Source of the DNA: Candidatus Pacearchaeota archaeon CG1_02_32_21
Lineage (GTDB): Archaea; Nanobdellota; Nanobdellia; Pacearchaeales; GW2011-AR1
Length of the DNA stretch: 45,439 bases
Assembly: GCA_001872185.1 (NCBI GenBank)
Contig: MNVX01000021.1
Span: 1 to 45,439 of the forward strand
Direction: 5' to 3'
Made by a program: the position numbers and the translations under genes. The notes below the pieces were generated by a model. The model had not been told where the DNA came from. It worked only from the letters and a program-made list of their open reading frames with translations, and did no database searches. Shown here in pieces: positions 16,295 to 23,109 of this stretch (position 1 is its first letter; the number at the start of each line of letters is the position of its first letter).

Positions 16295-16645
16295 TTACAA
16301 ATAAACAATTCCGTCTTTTGTCAATGCGACAAATCGAATTCCTACAGGTTCAGACAATAGTGCAGATATTAAGGCCATGTGCTCTTTACCATCACCAGAA
16401 GCTATACTTAATGCTACTTCAGTTCCATTAATTTTTCCCTTTAGCTTGCTTGATATCTCTTTTTTTAATTCAACTAACTTTTTATCCAAGTCTACTTTAA
16501 TAAATTCAAATTTTATTTCTGAAGTAAACTCTTTTGCAAACTCTCCGCCAATTAAAATTGTTTTATCCCATTCACCATGCTTCATCAATCCAGAAACTTG
16601 CCCCCATGTTCCTTTTCCAGAACTTAATAATGCCACTAATTCCAT
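16295..16645 (-). CDS. Hypothetical small alpha/beta protein
   Basis: The start is set at ATG 16645 (MELVALLSSGKGTWGQV...), 21 nt from the shared TATA box. The track start at 16714 would overlap the divergent gene. Confidence 0.55.
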   Translation of the reverse strand: MELVALLSSGKGTWGQVSGLMKHGEWDKTILIGGEFAKEFTSEIKFEFIKVDLDKKLVELKKEISSKLKGKINGTEVALSIASGDGKEHMALISALLSEPVGIRFVALTKDGIVYL

Positions 16646-16666
16646 AACAGATGTAAAAAGAGTAGA

Positions 16667-16674
16667 TTTATAAG
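16667..16674. promoter_or_regulatory. Single TATA box shared by the divergent genes 16645(-) and 16696(+)
   Basis: TTTATAAG/CTTATAAA lies exactly 21 nt from both start codons. Confidence 0.55.
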
Positions 16675-16695
16675 TTTTTATTTCATTTTTTATAT

Positions 16696-17142
16696 ATGCC
16701 AAAAGACAGTGCAATTAATGAAATAACTCTAAGAAAGTATGAAAAACCTTATTCTACAGACAAAAGGCAACTTATAAAAAAAATTTGTTTGTCACTTGGA
16801 CTACTACAGCCGGGAGATGGCAGAGATATAATTGTCGATATTTTGCTTGTACTTGTAGAAGAACAAAAAAACAAAAATAAGCTTGATTCTGAGGAGATAA
16901 GAAAGAGAGTTGGGGAAATAAGAAAGGAACATAATCTTGAGTTAAAAGGACTAGCTGAGAGCAACATAAGACGGCAGCTAAAAAGACTCAGGGATTTGAT
17001 GATAATTGAGAAGAATAATAATTTGTATCATCTAAGTGAGTTTGAATCCTTACAAGAAATTTTTGACAATAAAATTCAGAAGTTTATAATTGACCCGAGT
17101 ATTCAAAGGGTAAGAGAGTATCTTAATGAGCTGGAGAAATGA
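16696..17142 (+). CDS. Putative winged-helix DNA-binding protein
   Basis: 148-aa ORF. The segment GLAESNIRRQLKRLRDLMIIEKNNNLYHL resembles a wHTH recognition helix plus wing. Motif-level only. Confidence 0.5.
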   Translation: MPKDSAINEITLRKYEKPYSTDKRQLIKKICLSLGLLQPGDGRDIIVDILLVLVEEQKNKNKLDSEEIRKRVGEIRKEHNLELKGLAESNIRRQLKRLRDLMIIEKNNNLYHLSEFESLQEIFDNKIQKFIIDPSIQRVREYLNELEK

Positions 17143-17156
17143 ATGGTTGGAGGTGA

Positions 17157-17357
17157 TTAATTTATCTTCTTCTTAAATTTTTCTTTAATTAAAGGCATTG
17201 TTCTTGTTAGTATAATTACAATAACTAACAAAATAAAAACTGTAAAGACTGGGTAAGATAAATCTATCGGATAATCTACTTCCATAAAAGACATAGTTAA
17301 GAATACTAACCCTAAAATAACAATCCACCATAATATTCTTTCAACTCTTGTAATCAT
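17157..17357 (-). CDS. Small two-TM membrane protein
   Basis: 66-aa ORF with two hydrophobic segments. TTTAAAAT (gene sense) lies 21 nt upstream of the ATG. Confidence 0.45.
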   Translation of the reverse strand: MITRVERILWWIVILGLVFLTMSFMEVDYPIDLSYPVFTVFILLVIVIILTRTMPLIKEKFKKKIN

Positions 17358-17433
17358 AATAATTGCTATATCTATGTAATTTTAAACTTTTCTTACTAGG
17401 TAATTTATGCACCAAAGAAAACTCATAAAAACA

Positions 17434-17441
17434 TTTATAAA
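17434..17441 (+). promoter_or_regulatory. TATA box of the L1-L10-P1 operon (long leader)
   Basis: TTTATAAA lies 84 nt upstream of ATG 17526. The leader contains the hairpin AATCCA-TGTTC-TGGATT (17481-17497). Confidence 0.5.
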
Positions 17442-17525
17442 CCGCTTCAGTTAATTAAAATCACCAAACTACATCGCTTTAATCCATGTTCTGGATTGTT
17501 AGCGCATAGGTAGTAGGTATTTAAA

Positions 17526-18149
17526 ATGGAAATGTTAAAATTAGAACAGGCTGTAGAACTCCTAAGAAAAGATAAGGAGAGAAAATTTAATCAAAGTATT
17601 GACTTAATTGTTAATCTTAGAAAATTTGACTTGAAAAAAACGCAAATTAATACTTTTGTTAGCATTCCACATAAGATAAAAGATAAAAAAGTTTGTGGAT
17701 TTATAGAATCAAAAAGCTCTATTATTAATACAATCCAAAAATCACAATTTCCGATTTATAAAGATAAAAAGAAAGTAAAAAAACTTGTTAAGGAATATGA
17801 TTTCTTTATAGCTTCAGCACCTAACATGCCCTTAGTAGCCACAACTTTTGGTAGAGTTTTAGGGCCAGCTGGAAAAATGCCTTCTCCAAAATTAGGAATT
17901 TTAGTTGATGATAGTGAAAAAAATGTGAAAGAGTTAGTTGAAAGAATAAATAAAACAATAAGGGTACAGACAAAAGAGCCTTCTATTAAGGTTTCAATTG
18001 GAAAATTAAGCATGAAAGATAGTGAGTTAATAGAAAATGCTACTCAGGTTTATAACTCTATTTTAAACGAACTTCCAAACAATAAAGATAACATTAAGTC
18101 AGTGATGATAAAAAGCACAATGAGCAAATCTTTGAGAGTTGAAATGTAA
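17526..18149 (+). CDS. rpl1: Ribosomal protein uL1
   Basis: 207-aa ORF with typical L1 sequence (..FDFFIASAPNMPLVATTFGRVLGPAGKMPSP..). Confidence 0.93.
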   Translation: MEMLKLEQAVELLRKDKERKFNQSIDLIVNLRKFDLKKTQINTFVSIPHKIKDKKVCGFIESKSSIINTIQKSQFPIYKDKKKVKKLVKEYDFFIASAPNMPLVATTFGRVLGPAGKMPSPKLGILVDDSEKNVKELVERINKTIRVQTKEPSIKVSIGKLSMKDSELIENATQVYNSILNELPNNKDNIKSVMIKSTMSKSLRVEM

Positions 18150-18150
18150 A

Positions 18151-18966
18151 ATGGCACAAACAAAAACACATGTTTCAAAAGAAAAGCTAAGAACAGTGAA
18201 AGAGTTAGTTGAGCTCATAGAGTCCAATAATACCATAATGCTAGCTTCTATTAAAAGTCTTCCTTTGAAACAGTTTCAGAAAATAAAAAAACAATTATCT
18301 CAGGAAGTAGCAATAAAAGTTGTTAAAAAAAGAATATTCAAGAAATCTTTAGATTCTTCAAAAAAAACAAATGTAAAAGACCTTGCCAATTTTATTAAAG
18401 AGGATTGTGCAGTTTTGATTTCCAATATGGATGCATTTGAACTTTCTTATAAATTAAGTGAAAGTAAATCTCCTGTAAAGGCAAAGGCTGGACAAATTTC
18501 TCCTATTGACATTGAAGTTGAGACTGGACAGACTGATCTTCCTGCAGGACCTGCAGTTAGTGAGCTTGGGGGGTTAGGAATTACAGTTAAGGTTACTCAA
18601 GGTAAAATAGAAATTGTATCTCCAAGAGTAATAGTTAAAGAAGGTAAAAAAATAAGTGAAGAAGCTGCAAGTGTTATGGGTAAACTTAACATTCTTCCAT
18701 TTTCAGTTGGATTCATCCCTTTGGTGGCTTATGATTCAAAATCTGCGAAGATATATGAAAGCATCAAAGTAGATAAAGAAGGAACAATAGAAAGTTTACA
18801 GGAAAGTGCAAGAAAGGCGTTGGCATTTGCTGTAAGCATTGCATTCACAACAAAAGACAGTTTGAAATTTTTACTAGCTAAAGCAGCAAGCCATGAAAAA
18901 GCTATAAACGATTTAATTAATAAAAATTATTCTCAAGAAAATAAATCTGTGGGAGAAGAAAAATAA
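18151..18966 (+). CDS. rpl10: Ribosomal protein uL10 (P0)
   Basis: The start is set at ATG 18151 (MAQTKTHVSKEK..), 1 nt after the L1 stop. Conserved position between L1 and P1. Confidence 0.88.
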   Translation: MAQTKTHVSKEKLRTVKELVELIESNNTIMLASIKSLPLKQFQKIKKQLSQEVAIKVVKKRIFKKSLDSSKKTNVKDLANFIKEDCAVLISNMDAFELSYKLSESKSPVKAKAGQISPIDIEVETGQTDLPAGPAVSELGGLGITVKVTQGKIEIVSPRVIVKEGKKISEEAASVMGKLNILPFSVGFIPLVAYDSKSAKIYESIKVDKEGTIESLQESARKALAFAVSIAFTTKDSLKFLLAKAASHEKAINDLINKNYSQENKSVGEEK

Positions 18967-19253
18967 TGGAATACATATATGCGGCTCTTTTGTTGCATAA
19001 ACTAGGCAAACCAGTTGATGAAGCACATTTAAAAAAAGTTGTTTCAGCATCTGGAGCTGAAGTTGATGAAAGCAAGGTTAAGGCGCTTGTAGCTAGTTTA
19101 CATGGCGTAGATATAGACAAAGAACTTGAAAATGCAGTTCTTGTTGCATCAAGCGGAGCACCTAGTGGAAAGGCAACTGAAGAGAAAAAGGAAGAAAAGA
19201 AAGAAGAAAAGGCAGAAGCTGCTGCTGAAGGACTCAGTTCATTATTCGGATAA
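18966..19253 (+). CDS. rpl12: Ribosomal stalk protein P1 (aL12)
   Basis: MEYIYAALLLH..; EEKKEEKKEEK hinge; C-terminal GLSSLFG. Confidence 0.93.
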   Translation: MEYIYAALLLHKLGKPVDEAHLKKVVSASGAEVDESKVKALVASLHGVDIDKELENAVLVASSGAPSGKATEEKKEEKKEEKAEAAAEGLSSLFG

Positions 19254-19410
19254 AATTATTTAAAATAAGAACTGAGTCTTCTTCTATCTTAGCTAAGTCT
19301 CTTTGATATAATCTCCTTTGGAGACTTAACATAACATTAATGTTTAAAAATAATACTTCTATCTAATTATTAAGCTGACATCGCATAGCCGAATAAATTC
19401 GATAGTTTAT

Positions 19411-19418
19411 TTTATAAA
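19411..19418 (+). promoter_or_regulatory. TATA box of tRNA-Ser
   Basis: TTTATAAA lies 25 nt upstream of the mature 5' G (19444). Confidence 0.55.
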
Positions 19419-19443
19419 CTGATACGATGTCTGTGTAAGTAAT

Positions 19444-19524
19444 GCCGACATCGCATAGTGGTATTGCAACTGGCTTGAGACCAGTGCCCTTCGGGGCCCC
19501 CCGGTTCGATTCCGGGTGTCGGCG
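19444..19524 (+). tRNA. tRNA-Ser (anticodon UGA)
   Basis: Manual fold: acceptor GCCGACA/TGTCGGC, anticodon stem ACTGG/CCAGT, loop CTTGAGA, long variable arm GCCC-TTCG-GGGC, T arm CCCGG-TTCGATT-CCGGG, discriminator G. No CCA and no intron. Confidence 0.9.
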
Positions 19525-19621
19525 TTAACAACTTTTCTTTAGAAAAGAAAAGTTCTTAGAGTCAAAAGAAACTAATAGTGCTCAAAAGAAACTAGATAAA
19601 AATTGAAATTGTATCGTTAAC

Positions 19622-20656
19622 CTATTCTTTTTTTTGTTTAGATGCATTGTGCTCAAAATAAATCTCAAATAAAGTAGCAAGATATGCAACCACTAAAGGC
19701 CCAACAATAACTCCAAAAATTCCAAAAACTAATAATCCTCCAACCATTCCGATAAGAGTGAATGAGGTTGGAAGCTGAGACTGCCTTGACACAAAAATTG
19801 GATGGGTTATGTTGTCAAAAAAGGATACAAATAATCCGTTATACAATAGGAGCAGTATAGCAGGTAAAGTTTGTCCTGAAATAAACAATCCTGCAACAAC
19901 AGGTATCCAAACAATCCATGGCCCAACAATAGGTATCACTCCTGCAAGTATTGCAATAAACGTAAGAAGAGTTGAGTTTGGCACTCCTGCAATATAAAAG
20001 CTTATTCCAGACAACAGCCCCGTGATAATTCCTATGATTATTCTTCCATATATAACTGAGAATGTAACATCTTTTGATTTTTTAATAAATCTAGCTGTTA
20101 AACTTTTATTAAATGGCAATGTATCTTCCAAGACTTTTATTAATTTGCTTCCGTCGCGTAACCCGTAAAAAAAGACCAGTGCAACAACAGCAAGTTTTAG
20201 TAATAAATTGGGAAGATCAATGACAAACGCGGTAAATCTTTCTAAGGTTGTTTGAGTTGTAGTTGAAACAAATGTGCTGTAAGCTGCTGCAAAATTTGCA
20301 GTTATTTGGTCAGAAGTAAATAATATTGGTATTGCTTTTTTCAGAACACCAACTGCATCCATGCCAATAACCATATTATAAGTGTTAAATATCTGGGTAA
20401 CTAAAATTGGTACAACAAACCAAATAAACAGTCCGAGCAAAGCAACTACTATTAAAGAGGTTATACATGCTGAAATTGTTCCGTTTTTAATAAGTTTAAT
20501 AAGTCTTTTATCTATTGGATTAAAAATATAAGCAAGTATTAATCCAAGTATTATTGAAAAAAAGATAGGCTTAATTATTAAAAATGTGAAAACAATTAAT
20601 ATACTTATAAGTCCCATTGCAATAAGTTGTTTGATTGATTCTTCGTTAAGTGGCAT
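19622..20656 (-). CDS. AI-2E family transporter (PerM/UPF0118) membrane protein
   Basis: 344-aa multi-pass protein. Topology and conserved C-terminal segments (..GLRDG..., ..PIVGPWIVWIP..) are typical of the family. Confidence 0.75.
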   Translation of the reverse strand: MPLNEESIKQLIAMGLISILIVFTFLIIKPIFFSIILGLILAYIFNPIDKRLIKLIKNGTISACITSLIVVALLGLFIWFVVPILVTQIFNTYNMVIGMDAVGVLKKAIPILFTSDQITANFAAAYSTFVSTTTQTTLERFTAFVIDLPNLLLKLAVVALVFFYGLRDGSKLIKVLEDTLPFNKSLTARFIKKSKDVTFSVIYGRIIIGIITGLLSGISFYIAGVPNSTLLTFIAILAGVIPIVGPWIVWIPVVAGLFISGQTLPAILLLLYNGLFVSFFDNITHPIFVSRQSQLPTSFTLIGMVGGLLVFGIFGVIVGPLVVAYLATLFEIYFEHNASKQKKE

Positions 20657-20730
20657 ACAAAGAGATATATTTTATAATATATAAACATTTTCTGCCGGTA
20701 AATTCCAGTTAAGTTAAGGCAATGAAAAAC

Positions 20731-20738
20731 TTTATAAG
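20731..20738 (+). promoter_or_regulatory. TATA box of gene 20760 (leaderless geometry)
   Basis: TTTATAAG lies 21 nt from ATG 20760. Confidence 0.5.
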
Positions 20739-20759
20739 TTAATAATAAAATGTAATAAG

Positions 20760-21464
20760 ATGGATTCGTTTATAAAAAAGATATTCGATAAAAAAGAAGA
20801 TAATTTTGTTCATATCCAATTACAAAAATTTAGCAAGGGCTTATTTAAAAATAAAGCCCTGATTAAAGCTTCTAAATCTGGTTCAAATTATTCAATCAAT
20901 ACAACTGCAGAATATGCAAATGAACTTGTAAGAAGTGTAGCAGAATTGCTTGATGATGGACAAAAAGTCAAAACAATAGGAATAATAGTTTCTACAAGGG
21001 ATCTATCAAATGAACTTTCTTTTAAAAATAAGAAACAGTTTATGGGAATAAAGCAATATGTAATTGATTCTGAAATGACTAAAAAACAAATAATTGAAAT
21101 ATGTGACAAATTTCCTGCATCATTTATTGGTTTATCATTTTCAGTAAATGGAACAGAACTTAAGATAAAGCCTAAAGCTCCAAAATCAGCTAAACCAAGT
21201 ACAAAGGAAGATGGAAAGTTCAAAGTTGACTTTTGCAAGATAAAAACTGGTAATGAAAAATTGGTCAGAAGCTTATTGTTTGATGTTTCTGAATTCAAAA
21301 AAGTAGAAATATTTCATGATTTTGAAATTACAGGGTTAGACATACCTAAAAATGAGTCAGATCCTTTGAAAATGAGAGAAAATACAGTAAGAAATGGTAA
21401 GTTAGTAAGAAAATTAGTTGTAGACGGCAAAAATATTGAAAAAGTTGTTGAATTCTCTGCGTAA
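20760..21464 (+). CDS. Hypothetical soluble protein
   Basis: 234-aa ORF, Lys-rich, with no motif I can recognise. Confidence 0.6.
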   Translation: MDSFIKKIFDKKEDNFVHIQLQKFSKGLFKNKALIKASKSGSNYSINTTAEYANELVRSVAELLDDGQKVKTIGIIVSTRDLSNELSFKNKKQFMGIKQYVIDSEMTKKQIIEICDKFPASFIGLSFSVNGTELKIKPKAPKSAKPSTKEDGKFKVDFCKIKTGNEKLVRSLLFDVSEFKKVEIFHDFEITGLDIPKNESDPLKMRENTVRNGKLVRKLVVDGKNIEKVVEFSA

Positions 21465-21475
21465 GATAAAAACAA

Positions 21476-21496
21476 GGGAGTGTCGCAGATTAGGGA
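21476..21496 (+). repeat. Left terminal inverted repeat (IRL) GGGAGTGTCGCAGATTAGGGA
   Basis: Matches the reverse complement of 25165-25185. It contains the transposase stop codon and is preceded by the 9-bp target duplication. Confidence 0.75.
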
Positions 21497-22728
21497 GTTA
21501 TCATCATTTTCTCCTCTCCTGTCACATTGCGGGAGTTTTTTAATTTAATTGCATTTAATAGCATAGTTTCCCAAGCATTTCCATTTATTCCTATTCCACA
21601 TTTATCAGCAGGAGTTAAGTTTTCTCTTGCGTTTTTTCTAACAAAGTTATGAAATACCTTAAACCCGTCTTGATATTCTTGAACTTTTGTAACTCCTCGC
21701 CTTACTTTGTGAAACTCTTTTTGATGTGAGTGATGGCTTTCTATTGCGTTGTTGTTTACAGCTTTTCTCTGTCCTTTGATTGAAGTAAACTTGACCTTTC
21801 TTTCATTGCCCCAATTTCTAAAAGTTTTTCTACATCCATCTTCATAACCTTTGTAACCATCAACGATTATCTGAAAAGGTATTTTTCCGTTTTGTTTGTA
21901 TGCTTCTGTAAAAACTTTCTGTGCGTCTTTGCTACTTCGGCTTCTGCCAGAATTTATAGAGGCAAGTAAAAATTTAGTTTTATTATCCATTACATTCCAA
22001 ACATAATCATAATTTCCAGTAAGATTACCTTTTTCTTTTCCTCTCTTGCTTAAAACCAAAGTTTCATCAGCGTTCCAAACCCCAGAAGTTTTAGGAGTTA
22101 GAGTTTTGCTATATTTTTCCATAACTTCTGTAAATCTTAAAACCCATCTTCTTATTGTTTCGTGATGTAATTTTAATCCATAGAATTGATTAAATTGGTC
22201 TGCAATATCCCTATAAGATAATCCTTTGTAATAGCAATCCATAGCCAAACAAACAAGTTTAGCATTTCCTTTAATGTATTTAATTGGTTCTAAAACAAAT
22301 CTCTTTTTACAATCCTTACAGCTAAATCTTTGTTTATCGCTTGTTTTATCGTGCCTTACTCCTCTTTTGATTAAATTTTGAGATTGGCAGTAGGGACAGC
22401 AGTTTTCAGTTGGTTTTTCTAAAATTAATTCTATTTCTTGTTTTATTGGTGTAGCTTCAATTTCATAATGATTTTTTAGTTTTTCAAATATTAGAATAGC
22501 TTTGATATGTTTGCAGTATAATCCTTTTCCCTTACATCTTAATTCAAAATCCTTACAATTACAAGAATAACTATCAAAATGAGTAACTTGATATTTTTTA
22601 TTGCTATCAAATTGAGAAGGAACTAAGTAAGTATTCTCATCTAAACATTCTGGTTTAGAGTTTTCTAATATCTGTCTTGCTCTTTGCTCTCTCTTATCTG
22701 AAAGTTGTTTTATTGTTTGTGTTATCAT
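21490..22728 (-). CDS. DDE transposase (IS6/IS240-like core) with N-terminal SWIM zinc finger and IS1-style zinc ribbon
   Basis: SWIM: YSCNCKDFELRCKGKGLYCKHIKA. Ribbon: CCPYC..QRFSCKDCKKRF. DDE core: VWNADETLV / IIVDGYKGY / NNNAIESHHSHQKEF. Confidence 0.85.
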   Translation of the reverse strand: MITQTIKQLSDKREQRARQILENSKPECLDENTYLVPSQFDSNKKYQVTHFDSYSCNCKDFELRCKGKGLYCKHIKAILIFEKLKNHYEIEATPIKQEIELILEKPTENCCPYCQSQNLIKRGVRHDKTSDKQRFSCKDCKKRFVLEPIKYIKGNAKLVCLAMDCYYKGLSYRDIADQFNQFYGLKLHHETIRRWVLRFTEVMEKYSKTLTPKTSGVWNADETLVLSKRGKEKGNLTGNYDYVWNVMDNKTKFLLASINSGRSRSSKDAQKVFTEAYKQNGKIPFQIIVDGYKGYEDGCRKTFRNWGNERKVKFTSIKGQRKAVNNNAIESHHSHQKEFHKVRRGVTKVQEYQDGFKVFHNFVRKNARENLTPADKCGIGINGNAWETMLLNAIKLKNSRNVTGEEKMMITP

Positions 22729-22752
22729 TTTTTTTATTTCCTTATTTATCTA

Positions 22753-22815
22753 TATACTATTTAGGTATATAGAGTATTTAAATATTATTGTAGTAGACTA
22801 TACTATTTAGGTATA
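22753..22815. repeat. Two identical 17-bp direct repeats TATACTATTTAGGTATA (each an inverted TATAC/GTATA pair)
   Basis: Copies at 22753-22769 and 22799-22815, in the divergent transposase/cargo intergenic region. Copy 1 overlaps the predicted transposase TATA box (22750-22757). Confidence 0.8.
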
Positions 22816-22902
22816 CCCTTTTTTATATATGTTTAATCCTGTATATAACAAAAGGTTTATATAGTAGTGTCACTTTAAAATACTGAGGTTAATTATATAA
22901 AC

Positions 22903-23109
22903 ATGGCAGAACGCAGTATTAGTATGAAAAAAGAGGAATTTGGAGTAAATGTTCTTATAGTGGGTCATAGATGTTGGCGTTGTAAACACGCTTGGGTTCC
23001 TCGTGATATAGGAGAAATACCTGAAATTTGTCCTAAATGTAAAAGTCCATATTGGAAAAAACCTAAGACTTTATTTAAAAAAGGAGAGAAGAAAAATGGA
23101 AAAAAATAA
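22903..23109 (+). CDS. Small zinc-ribbon protein, first gene of the cargo operon
   Basis: HRCWRCKHAWVPRDIGEIPEICPKCKSPYWKKP with a Lys-rich tail. GAGGT lies 13 nt upstream, and the ORF overlaps the methyltransferase start by 14 nt. Confidence 0.7.
   Translation: MAERSISMKKEEFGVNVLIVGHRCWRCKHAWVPRDIGEIPEICPKCKSPYWKKPKTLFKKGEKKNGKK

Noticed and set aside
19374-19388. The upstream 15-mer, considered as a split-tRNA 5' half or a tRNA pseudogene
   Set aside because: The sequence after the 15-mer lacks the D-loop GG, an anticodon arm, and the GC-rich pairing extension seen in genuine split tRNA genes. It is reported only as a repeat or scar.
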